The translations under genes were made by a program, and so were the position numbers. From Clostridia bacterium (lineage in GTDB: Bacteria > Bacillota > Clostridia > TANB77 > CAG-508), in the NCBI GenBank assembly GCA_900770385.1, contig CAAGKK010000041.1, forward strand, positions 67,557 through 131,556: a stretch of DNA of 64,000 bases, in the 5' to 3' direction. This document shows, one piece after another, positions 1-8,512 of the stretch; position 1 is the stretch's first letter, and each line of letters begins with the position of its first letter. The notes under the pieces are model-generated. The model was not told where the DNA came from and did not search any database. It worked only from the letters and a program-made list of their open reading frames with translations.

Positions 1-36
1 ATGCTGTTCTTTTTCAATTATATTTTATAAAAATCC

Positions 37-65
37 TTGTACTTTTCAACTTTTATTTGTATAAT
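37..65 (+). promoter_or_regulatory. candidate sigma-A promoter of pta-ackA
   Basis: TTGTAC (37-42), 17-nt spacer, TATAAT (60-65), about 28 nt upstream of the pta start; an AAGGAG RBS follows. Confidence 0.4.
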
Positions 66-93
66 AATATAGATTTAAGAAAGGAGAATTTAA

Positions 94-1089
94 ATGAATT
101 TTATTGATACAATTAAAGAAAGAGCAAAGAAAGATATAAAAACAATAGTATTACCAGAAACCGAAGATATAAGAACACTTCAAGCAACAGAAAAAATCTT
201 AAAAGAAGGTTTTGCTAAAATAATTTTAGTTGGAAACAAAGAAAAAACAGAAGAATTAGCTAACCAAAACAATATTAATATAGAAGGGGCAATCATCATA
301 GACCCTGCTAAATCTGAAAAATATGATGAATATGTAAATAAATTTTTTGAATTAAGACAAAAAAAAGGAATTTCAATAGAAAAAGCAAAGGAAATAATGT
401 TAAACAATGTTTATTTTGGAATGATGATGGTTAAATGCAAAGATGCAGATGGCTTAGTATCAGGTGCAGCGCATTCTACTGCAGATACTTTAAGACCAGC
501 ACTTCAAATATTAAAAACAGCAGAAGGAACTAAACTTGTTTCAGCATTTTTTTTAATGGTAGTGCCAAATTGTGAGTATGGAGAAAATGGTACTTTTGTA
601 TTTTCAGATGCAGGACTAAATGCAAATCCAACAAGTGAAGAATTATCAGAAATTGCAATTTCTTCTGCTAATAGTTTTAAACAATTGGTAGGAAAAGAAC
701 CAAAAGTAGCAATGCTTTCTTATTCTACATATGGAAGTGCAAAATCTGAATTAGTTGAGAAAGTACAAAATGCAACTACAATATTAAAACAAAAAGCTCC
801 AAATTTAAAAGCAGACGGAGAAATGCAATTAGATGCAGCATTAGTCAAAGAAATTGGACAAAAAAAGGCTCCTGGAAGCGAAGTAGCAGGGCAAGCTAAT
901 ACATTAATATTTCCTGATTTAAATGCTGGAAATATAGGATATAAATTAGTTCAAAGATTAGCAAAGGCAGAGGCTTATGGTCCACTATGTCAAGGAATTG
1001 CAAGACCAGTTAATGACCTATCAAGAGGATGTAGTAGTAATGATATTGTTGGAGTTGTAGCCATAACTGCAGTTCAAGCACAAGAATAA
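94..1089 (+). CDS. pta: phosphate acetyltransferase
   Basis: 331-aa ORF with PTA_PTB-type motifs SGAAHSTADTLRPALQI, FPDLNAGNIGYKLVQR and PVNDLSRGCS; canonical position upstream of ackA. Confidence 0.93.
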   Translation: MNFIDTIKERAKKDIKTIVLPETEDIRTLQATEKILKEGFAKIILVGNKEKTEELANQNNINIEGAIIIDPAKSEKYDEYVNKFFELRQKKGISIEKAKEIMLNNVYFGMMMVKCKDADGLVSGAAHSTADTLRPALQILKTAEGTKLVSAFFLMVVPNCEYGENGTFVFSDAGLNANPTSEELSEIAISSANSFKQLVGKEPKVAMLSYSTYGSAKSELVEKVQNATTILKQKAPNLKADGEMQLDAALVKEIGQKKAPGSEVAGQANTLIFPDLNAGNIGYKLVQRLAKAEAYGPLCQGIARPVNDLSRGCSSNDIVGVVAITAVQAQE

Positions 1090-1177
1090 ATATTCTTCCT
1101 CGTGTTAGGATGTATGCAGAAATAACATTAAAAGGATTTATTAATTCATTATAAAAAATTTAAGGAGGAAAATAAAA

Positions 1178-2377
1178 ATGAAAATTTTAGTTATCAATTG
1201 CGGGAGTTCATCATTAAAATATCAGTTAATAGATATGAATGATGAACATGTTATGGCAAAAGGAAATTATGAAAGAATAGGAGAACAAGAAGCTTTTTTA
1301 ACACATAAAGTAAATGGAAACGCAACTGTTATAAAAAAAGCAGCATTAAATCATACAGAAGCATTGGAAACTGTATTAGCTCAATTTACTAATCCAGAGT
1401 ATAAAGTAATAGAATCTTTAGAAGAAATAGATGCAATAGGACATAGAATAGTTCATGGAGGAGAAATATTTGATAAATCAGTCCTAATAGATGAGGATGT
1501 TATAAACAAAATAGATGAGTGCGCAGCATTAGCACCATTACATAATCCAGCAGCTATACTTGGTATTAGAGCATGTCAACAAGCAATGCCTGGAGTGCCT
1601 ATGTCTGCAGTATTTGATACAGCTTTTCACCAAACAATGCCAAAAGAAAATTATATATATCCAATACCATATGAGTTTTATGAGAAATACAGAATAAGAA
1701 AATATGGGGCACATGGTACATCTCATCAGTTTGTTGCAAATTTAGCTGCAAAATTAGAAAATAAACCAATTGAAGAATTAAAAATTGTTACATGTCATTT
1801 AGGACAAGGAGCAAGTATTACAGCAGTTGATGGAGGAAAATCTATAGATACATCAATGGGACTTTCACCATTAGGAGGAATACCAATGGTAACTCGTTCA
1901 GGAGATTTAGATCCTTCAGTAGTTACAGATATAATGGAAAAAGAAAATTTATCACCTAAAGAAGCTAATACACTATTAAATAAAAAATCAGGATTATATG
2001 GAATAACAGGTTTAGATCCTGACTTTAGACAAATTGAACTTGCTTCATATGAAGCTGATAAACCAAAAGCTCATATAGCAATAGAATTATTCACAAAATC
2101 AATTGCACAATTTATAGCAAAATATGCAGTATCAATGGGTGGAATAGATGTTGTAGTATTTACAGGAGGAATAGGCGAAAATCAAATTAATATAAGAAAG
2201 AAAATTTGCAATAATTTAAAATTTATGGGTCTAATTGTTGATGAAGATAAAAATAATGTAAGAGGAGAAGAAGTATTAATAACAAAACCAGAATCAAAAA
2301 TAAGAGCTTATATAATACCAACAAATGAAGAATTGGTAATAGCACGAGATACAAAAAATTTAGTTGAAAATAAATAA
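1178..2377 (+). CDS. ackA: acetate kinase
   Basis: KILVINCGSSSLKYQL, GHRIVHGG, LHNPA, RKYGAHGTSH, TCHLGQGASI and FTGGIGEN signatures; strong AAGGAGG RBS. Confidence 0.96.
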   Translation: MKILVINCGSSSLKYQLIDMNDEHVMAKGNYERIGEQEAFLTHKVNGNATVIKKAALNHTEALETVLAQFTNPEYKVIESLEEIDAIGHRIVHGGEIFDKSVLIDEDVINKIDECAALAPLHNPAAILGIRACQQAMPGVPMSAVFDTAFHQTMPKENYIYPIPYEFYEKYRIRKYGAHGTSHQFVANLAAKLENKPIEELKIVTCHLGQGASITAVDGGKSIDTSMGLSPLGGIPMVTRSGDLDPSVVTDIMEKENLSPKEANTLLNKKSGLYGITGLDPDFRQIELASYEADKPKAHIAIELFTKSIAQFIAKYAVSMGGIDVVVFTGGIGENQINIRKKICNNLKFMGLIVDEDKNNVRGEEVLITKPESKIRAYIIPTNEELVIARDTKNLVENK

Positions 2378-2392
2378 TAAAGGAGAAATTTA

Positions 2393-2599
2393 ATGCAAGA
2401 ACATGTAGAATTAGAGGTTTCATTAGAAATCATAATGGCAGAGATAGCAAAAGCGATGTTTGAACTAAGCAGTGAAAAAGAGACTCAGAAAAGGGAAACT
2501 ATAGAAAAAAAATTAGAAAATTTAATTTGCATACAAGAGAATGCATATAAAGGAAATAGAAAATATATAAAAAAAATATTAAATAGGGAGTTTTTATAA
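2393..2599 (+). CDS. small helical protein, putative epsilon-like partner/antitoxin of the downstream zeta-family kinase
   Basis: 68-aa ORF with its own AAGGAG RBS 15 nt after the ackA stop; ends 1 nt before the next start; homologous to the 3633..3857 ORF (shared I..I.M..IAK...E.S.EK..QK...Y.GN pattern). Confidence 0.55.
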   Translation: MQEHVELEVSLEIIMAEIAKAMFELSSEKETQKRETIEKKLENLICIQENAYKGNRKYIKKILNREFL

Positions 2600-2600
2600 T

Positions 2601-3608
2601 ATGGAAAGAAGAAATATCTCATTAGAAACATATAATAAGATAAAAGATAGATTACCAATTGAAATTATTAATATGCTACCTGAAGAACCTTTAAATTTAT
2701 TGCAATATGCTACAAGAGTAAATAAAATAAATATTTCTCCTAATGTAGATAAAGATACAGCAAATTTAATGGAAAAGTATCTTTTAAGTGATGAAGAATA
2801 TTTAAGAACATTTTATTATGTTATGGCTATAAGCTTTTATAAAAAGAAACCAGTAGATTTTCCACAATTAACTATAGTGGCAGCTCAAACTGGTAGTGGA
2901 AAAAGCAATTTAACAGCTAGAATTTTAAGAGAAGATGAAAATTATGTGTTTGTTGATTCTGATAAATATAAACATTATAGATTTGATGCAGCAGATATCT
3001 CAAATAAATATCCTTTAATATATCCTTTTTTAACAGGCCCAGATGGATATGATCATGCAGAAAATATTTACTCTTATGCATTAGAAAACAAGTACAACAT
3101 TATAAAAGAAACAGCACCTTCTTATAATAAGGGATTAATTGGAGTTGATTTATCTAAAATAAGAAGAAAAGGTTATAGAGTTTCATTAAATATATTAGCA
3201 GTAAGTGGGTTAAATAGTTCTTTATCTATGCATGAAAGATATGAATTACAAATATTATCTGGGTTAAAAACTGCAAAATTAACAGGATTACATAGACATG
3301 ATGAATCATATAAGTCTTTAATTCCAAATGTTCAAGATATAATAAATAATGATAATCAGATAGAAGAAATAAAAGTATTTAAAAGAGGAATAGAAAGAGA
3401 AGATTTTAACCCAATATTAATTTTTCCTTCTGAAAAATATAAAACAGCTATAGAAGCAATAACAGATGAAAGAATTAGAGATTTAGAAGAAACAAAGAAA
3501 GAATTTGAAAGCAGATATAAAGTGTTAATTAAACAAATGAACGATAGAAATGCACCTAAGGAACAGTATGAGCAATTGGAAAAAATAAAATCTAATATAA
3601 CTATATAA
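2601..3608 (+). CDS. zeta-toxin-family P-loop kinase (copy 1)
   Basis: Walker A AAQTGSGKSNL, VDSDKYK (zeta IDxDxF-like), LAVSGLNSSLSMHERYE and HRHDESY, which resemble the PezT/zeta MAV...RYE...R..HD pattern. Confidence 0.7.
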   Translation: MERRNISLETYNKIKDRLPIEIINMLPEEPLNLLQYATRVNKINISPNVDKDTANLMEKYLLSDEEYLRTFYYVMAISFYKKKPVDFPQLTIVAAQTGSGKSNLTARILREDENYVFVDSDKYKHYRFDAADISNKYPLIYPFLTGPDGYDHAENIYSYALENKYNIIKETAPSYNKGLIGVDLSKIRRKGYRVSLNILAVSGLNSSLSMHERYELQILSGLKTAKLTGLHRHDESYKSLIPNVQDIINNDNQIEEIKVFKRGIEREDFNPILIFPSEKYKTAIEAITDERIRDLEETKKEFESRYKVLIKQMNDRNAPKEQYEQLEKIKSNITI

Positions 3609-3632
3609 AAAAGAAAAGGAAATTAAATTAAA

Positions 3633-3857
3633 ATGGAAGAAACAAAGATTGATATTAATAATGAAATAGCTATAAATATCGTTATGGATAATATAGCTAA
3701 ATTAACTCAAGAGTATTCTTTTGAAAAAGATGAACAAAAGAGCAAGGAATTAAAAGAAAGAATAAATGTATTAAATAAAATAAAAGACGAGATATACTTA
3801 GGAAATAAAGAAATAATAAATAAAGTTTTAAAGAAAAATGAAAAAGGAATATTATAA
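3633..3857 (+). CDS. small helical protein, paralog of 2393..2599
   Basis: 74-aa ORF, stop 2 nt before the next start, sequence similarity to the first small ORF. Confidence 0.55.
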   Translation: MEETKIDINNEIAINIVMDNIAKLTQEYSFEKDEQKSKELKERINVLNKIKDEIYLGNKEIINKVLKKNEKGIL

Positions 3858-3859
3858 TT

Positions 3860-4939
3860 ATGGACGATAAAATAATAAGAAATATAAGTGAAGACACATT
3901 AAATACAGTTATTTCAAATTTAAATAAAGATTTTATAGATGAGTTACCAGTATCTCCAAAGGAACTTTTAAAATATGCAACAAGAAGAATAGATCCTGTA
4001 ATATCAGAGAACATTACATATTCTCTTGGACAATCTATGCTAGCACACAGATTGTCTGATGAAGATTATTTAACAGCATTCTTTCAAGCAATACATACAT
4101 CTTTCTATGAAAAGAAAGTTTGTGATAAAAAAACAGCATCTATTTTAATATCACAAACTGGTGCAGGAAAAACCAATCTATCTACATTAATATTAAAGAA
4201 GAATCCTAATATTGTAGTTATTAATCCTGATTTATATAAAAAGTTTAATCCTAAATTACCACAAATTTTAAAAGAGGATCCTACACATTTAGGAGCATTA
4301 ACAGGTATTGATTCTTATGACCATGCTAATAATATTAGAAATTTTGCTATTGAAAAAGGATACAGTTTGCTATTTGAATGTGCTCCATCACAAAAACAGG
4401 GATTAGTAGGAATTGACTTACAAACTTTGGAAGAAAATGGATATGATACTAGATTTCATGTTATGGCTGTTGGAGATTTGTTAAGCTTAATGGCTATACA
4501 TTATAGATACGAAGAAGAGATAAACAGAAATCCAACTTCATGTGAGGTAAAATTAACAGATTTAAATAGACATGAAGACTCATATAAAGGAGTTGAAAAA
4601 GTTGTTCAAACTCTATCACCGGATAAAATACATATATATAGAAGAGGAAAAAAAGAAGAAGAATATATACCACAAGAAATAACAAAACATGATGAACAAA
4701 ATTTAAATACAGAATATATTATAAGAATATTATTAAAAGAAAGAGAAAATTCAAATAAAAATTATGTATTTAATGAGACAAATAGTTTTCAAAAAGATTT
4801 TAACAAAATAAAAACATCAATGGAGAAGAGAAAAGCTCCTGATGCACAATTTGCACAACTTGAGAAAATATATGATCAATATATAATGTATTTAAATTAT
4901 ATTAAATATAAGGATTATAGCCGAGGAATAGAAGATTAA
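3860..4939 (+). CDS. zeta-toxin-family P-loop kinase (copy 2)
   Basis: SQTGAGKTNL Walker A, INPDLYK, MAVGDLLSLMAIHYRYE, NRHEDSY; collinear homology to 2601..3608 along the whole length. Confidence 0.7.
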   Translation: MDDKIIRNISEDTLNTVISNLNKDFIDELPVSPKELLKYATRRIDPVISENITYSLGQSMLAHRLSDEDYLTAFFQAIHTSFYEKKVCDKKTASILISQTGAGKTNLSTLILKKNPNIVVINPDLYKKFNPKLPQILKEDPTHLGALTGIDSYDHANNIRNFAIEKGYSLLFECAPSQKQGLVGIDLQTLEENGYDTRFHVMAVGDLLSLMAIHYRYEEEINRNPTSCEVKLTDLNRHEDSYKGVEKVVQTLSPDKIHIYRRGKKEEEYIPQEITKHDEQNLNTEYIIRILLKERENSNKNYVFNETNSFQKDFNKIKTSMEKRKAPDAQFAQLEKIYDQYIMYLNYIKYKDYSRGIED

Positions 4940-4943
4940 TATA

Positions 4944-4982
4944 AAAGAAGTATAGATATAAAAATCTATACTTCTTTTTATT
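4944..4982 (+). terminator. intrinsic terminator after the pta-ackA-zeta block
   Basis: 14-bp perfect stem (aaagaagtatagat / atctatacttcttt), 6-nt loop, T-rich tail. Confidence 0.7.
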
Positions 4983-5061
4983 AAAATTGAACAATACATA
5001 TCACAAATTTACATAAAATCAAATAAAATATAAAGAGCTTATATTTTAAGGGGGGATAAGT

Positions 5062-5641
5062 TTGAAACTCAAAGATAAAAAAATAGGATTTTGTTTAACT
5101 GGTTCCTTCTGTACATTTAAAAAAACAATTGAACAAATGAAAATATTAGCAAAAGAAGAAGCAATTATAATTCCAATAATGTCATATAGTGCATATAATT
5201 TAGATACTAAGTTTGGAAGAGCGAATGATTTTATTAAAGAAATAGAAGAGATATCAGGTAATAAGATAATTCACTCAATTCAAGGTGCAGAACCAATTGG
5301 ACCTAAAAAAATGACAGATATTATGATTGTTGCTCCTTGCTCTCGGGAATACAATAGGAAAATTAAGTAATGGAATAAATGATGGAACTGTAATGATGGC
5401 TGTAAAGTCACATTTGAGAAATAATAATCCAATAGTAATTGCAGTATCTACTAATGATGGATTATCTAGTAGTGCTGAGAATATAGGAAAACTATTGAAT
5501 AGAAAAAACTTTTATTTTGTTCCATTTAGACAGGATAATCCTATTACTAAACCGCGTTCTATTGTTTTTGATCCTACTTATATAAAGAAAACATTAGAAT
5601 ATGCATTAGAAGGTGAGCAAATACAACCAATATTATTATGA
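5062..5641 (+). pseudogene. dpaB: dipicolinate synthase subunit B (SpoVFB/DpaB), split by a 1-nt frameshift near 5341-5347
   Basis: ORFs 5062..5370 and 5327..5641 together align collinearly with Bacillus SpoVFB as recalled (GFCLTGSFCTF; APCS|GNTIGKLSNG; VSTNDGL; FYFVPFRQDNP); the junction reads tgc tct c ggg aat. Confidence 0.8.
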
Positions 5642-5647
5642 ATGTAA

Positions 5648-5684
5648 AAATAGATGTGTTAAACAATAACACATCTATTTTTTA
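5648..5684 (+). terminator. intrinsic terminator after dpaB
   Basis: 13-bp perfect stem aaatagatgtgtt / aacacatctattt followed by TTTT. Confidence 0.7.
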
Positions 5685-5713
5685 ATTACATACTATAATA
5701 CAAGGAGGTTTAT

Positions 5714-6763
5714 ATGAAAAGAAAAATAATTTTTTCTTTATTTATGCTATTTATTATATTATCAAGTGTATGTTTTGCTATGGAAGCATCTAATCAAAAA
5801 ATATATAATGGAATTGATATAAGTCAATGGCAGGGAAATATTAATTTTGAAAAAGTAAAAAAAGATGGAATAGAAATAGTTTATATTAAAGCAAGTCAAG
5901 GAGAAAGTTTTAAAGATCCATATTTTGAAACTAACTATAAAAAAGCCAAGGAGAATAATTTAAAAATTGGTGTATATCATTTTTTAACTGCCAAGAACAT
6001 ATCAGAGGCAAGAGACCAAGCAGATTTCTTTTCTGCAATTATCAGTAAAAAAGAAATAGATTGTAGATTAGCAATGGATTTTGAAGTGTTTGGCAGATTA
6101 ACTAAAGAAGAAATAAATGATATATCTAAAGAATTTCTAACAAGGGTAGAAGAAAAAACAAGAAAAGAAACAATTATTTATTCAGATAGTTATAATGCAA
6201 AAAATGTATTTGATAAAGAATTGACAGAAAGATATCCTATATGGATAGCAGAATATGGAGTAAGAAAACCAAGTAATAACGATAAATGGAAAGTATGGGT
6301 AGGATTTCAATATAAAGATAATGCACGAATTGCAGGAATAAGAGGTTATGTAGATGCAGATTATTACACGAGTTCAATTTTATTAAAAGATCTTACAGCA
6401 TTGCCAGAAAATACACATAGAAATAAAGAAAAGGATAATATTAAAGTAATTAGAGTGAGAAGAGGAGATACATTAAGTAAAATAGCTATAAAATATAACA
6501 CAAGTATAAGTGAGATTACTGCTTTGAATAACATTAAAAACCGTAATTTAATTTATGTGGGAGAAAAATTAAAAATTTACTATTCAGAATATGATAACCT
6601 AGGTGAAACAAACCACTATATATACACTATAAAAAGAGGTGACACACTTTTCAAAATATCTAAGAAATTTAAAGTCAGTGTTAGAGAATTAATTAGAATT
6701 AACAATATAAAAAATCCTAATAAAATATATGCTGGAGAAAGATTAAAAATAGAAATAAAATAG
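5714..6763 (+). CDS. secreted GH25 muramidase with two C-terminal LysM domains
   Basis: signal peptide; GIDISQWQG.INFEKVKKDGIEIVYIKASQG GH25 motif; two LysM repeats (RRGDTLSKIAIKYNTSISEITALN, KRGDTLFKISKKFKVSVRELIRIN). Confidence 0.85.
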   Translation: MKRKIIFSLFMLFIILSSVCFAMEASNQKIYNGIDISQWQGNINFEKVKKDGIEIVYIKASQGESFKDPYFETNYKKAKENNLKIGVYHFLTAKNISEARDQADFFSAIISKKEIDCRLAMDFEVFGRLTKEEINDISKEFLTRVEEKTRKETIIYSDSYNAKNVFDKELTERYPIWIAEYGVRKPSNNDKWKVWVGFQYKDNARIAGIRGYVDADYYTSSILLKDLTALPENTHRNKEKDNIKVIRVRRGDTLSKIAIKYNTSISEITALNNIKNRNLIYVGEKLKIYYSEYDNLGETNHYIYTIKRGDTLFKISKKFKVSVRELIRINNIKNPNKIYAGERLKIEIK

Positions 6764-6797
6764 TGCAAACATTTTTTCTCTTTTTTACAAAAAAGTA

Positions 6798-6853
6798 TTG
6801 ACACAAAACCTATGTTCGTATATAATAACAATATAAATACGAACAATATTTCG
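6798..6853 (+). promoter_or_regulatory. consensus sigma-A promoter with two LexA-type (SOS) boxes
   Basis: TTGACA (6798-6803), 17 nt, TATAAT (6821-6826); AAAC-CTAT-GTTC (6806-6817) lies in the spacer and CGAAC-AATA-TTTCG (6840-6853) downstream; Firmicute LexA consensus is CGAAC-N4-GTTCG. Confidence 0.6.
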
Positions 6854-6869
6854 CAAAGAGGTGGTTAAT

Positions 6870-7163
6870 ATGAAAATAGTAAATAAGAAAAAATTTATAA
6901 GAAGTATTATTATAATAGGAATTATATTATTTATAAGTTTCATACTTATAAATAATACTTTATCACACAATGAGATAAGTTATAAAACTATATATATATC
7001 TTCAGGAGATACTTTATGGGGAATAGCAAAACAAGAAAAAAATTGCAATATATATTTTGAGGATAAAGATATAAGAACAATAGTAGATGAAATAAAACAC
7101 ACTAATGGTTTAAGTAAAGCAGATCTTATAATTGGCCAAAAACTAAATATTCCAACAATATAA
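6870..7163 (+). CDS. YneA-like SOS cell-division inhibitor (N-terminal TM plus LysM)
   Basis: about 97 aa from the ATG at 6870 (the GTG at 6861 lies inside the AGAGGTGG RBS); TM helix then LysM (SSGDTLWGIAKQ...GQKLNIP), the same architecture as Bacillus YneA; LexA boxes upstream. Confidence 0.65.
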   Translation: MKIVNKKKFIRSIIIIGIILFISFILINNTLSHNEISYKTIYISSGDTLWGIAKQEKNCNIYFEDKDIRTIVDEIKHTNGLSKADLIIGQKLNIPTI

Positions 7164-7172
7164 AAAGTAATA

Positions 7173-7220
7173 TGTAGGGGCGGACGCCTCTGTCCGCCCG
7201 AGCGAAATTTATTCCGCTTT
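7173..7220. repeat. GC-rich palindromic intergenic element, copy 1 (double hairpin, also a bidirectional terminator)
   Basis: GGGCGGAC-gcctct-GTCCGCCC hairpin plus an agcg..ccgct hairpin; 46/48 identical to the reverse complement of 37528..37575. Confidence 0.85.
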
Positions 7221-7223
7221 GTT

Positions 7224-8210
7224 CTATTTTTTTATACTAGCTAAAGGGTTATTTTCTACCGCATCTCTAACTTGAACATTTTCAACATGAGTATATATCT
7301 CAGTGGTAGAAATGCTTTCATGCCCTAAAAGTTCTTGAAGAGCTCGTATATCAGTTTTTCCATATTGATACATTAATGTTGCGGCAGTATGTCTTAATTT
7401 ATGAACTGAGTATTTATTTGTATCTAAACCAGCTTTTTGAAGTTCTTTTTTTACTACATATTGAACAGTTCTATTACTTATTCTTTCTTTTCGTTCACTT
7501 AAGAAAAGTGCATCTTTAGAATCGTATTTTATTCCTTCTTTTGGTCTAGCATTATTAATATAATCTTCAATAGCATTCATACATGCTTTATTTAAGTAAA
7601 TGGTTCGTTCTTTATTTCCTTTTCCAATTACATTCAATTTACATTCACTAAATGTAATATCTTTAATATTTATTCCTACTAATTCAGACAAACGAATTCC
7701 ACAATTTAAAAATATTGTAATAATTGCATAATCTCTTTTTTCATTTCTATTATCTACATCATCTGAAACAACAGATAACAATTTTTTACTTTCATCTAAT
7801 GAAAGATATTTAGGCATTCTTTTTTCTTTTTTTGGAGTTTCAAGATTTTGAGCAGGATTATTATCTATTAATTTTTCCTTTTGAGATAAATATTTAAAAA
7901 ATATTCTTATGCTAGAACATTTTCTTGCACGAGTAGCAGGTTTACTATGCAAATTAGTAGCTAAGTATGAAATAAAAGCATGAATATCATCAAGTTGTAT
8001 TTTTTTAATCTCTTCAATAGACAAATCTTTTATAGTTATCTTAGAAAAATCAGTTTCTTTAGTTAGCTTAAAACGCAATTTAATAAATTTAAGAAACATA
8101 GCAATATCATAATTATATTCTTTTATTGAATTTGGAGATTTATTTAATATTGTAATAGAATAATCTAAAAAAGAATTTAAATAATCTGGATTTGAATCTC
8201 TATCTATCAT
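7224..8210 (-). CDS. tyrosine recombinase (XerC/XerD / phage-integrase family)
   Basis: 328 aa; C-terminal HKLRHTAATLM ... LLGHESISTTEIYTHV catalytic His-x-x-Arg / Tyr motifs; N-terminal core-binding-type domain. Confidence 0.85.
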   Translation of the reverse strand: MIDRDSNPDYLNSFLDYSITILNKSPNSIKEYNYDIAMFLKFIKLRFKLTKETDFSKITIKDLSIEEIKKIQLDDIHAFISYLATNLHSKPATRARKCSSIRIFFKYLSQKEKLIDNNPAQNLETPKKEKRMPKYLSLDESKKLLSVVSDDVDNRNEKRDYAIITIFLNCGIRLSELVGINIKDITFSECKLNVIGKGNKERTIYLNKACMNAIEDYINNARPKEGIKYDSKDALFLSERKERISNRTVQYVVKKELQKAGLDTNKYSVHKLRHTAATLMYQYGKTDIRALQELLGHESISTTEIYTHVENVQVRDAVENNPLASIKK

Positions 8211-8281
8211 AGCTACTCCTTATATTAAAACATAAACTTATTATTAGAATTATACCATAGCAGGTATTTGATTACAATATG

Positions 8282-8301
8282 TGAGAAATTTAAATTTCTC
8301 A
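8282..8301. repeat. perfect 10+10 palindrome upstream of the recombinase gene
   Basis: tgagaaattt|aaatttctca. Confidence 0.5.
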
Positions 8302-8340
8302 TTAGATTAAAATAAATATAATTAATATAGTGAAAAAATA

Positions 8341-8369
8341 AGTATGATGTGATATAATCACATCATACT
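8341..8369. repeat. perfect palindrome with 13-bp arms (TGTGAT-ATA-ATCACA core)
   Basis: agtatgatgtgat-ata-atcacatcatact; the 14-mer agtatgatgtgata recurs at 37593..37606. Confidence 0.55.
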
Positions 8370-8512
8370 GCAAAAAAATATGGAGATGGTTTTATGGCAC
8401 AATACTAATATTATAAGTAGAGAATATAGCAATAGGCTATTTTTTGAAAGTATAAAGATATAAAATATAAATTTAAAGATAAAAAACATAAATACATATA
8501 AGAGGTAGAATA

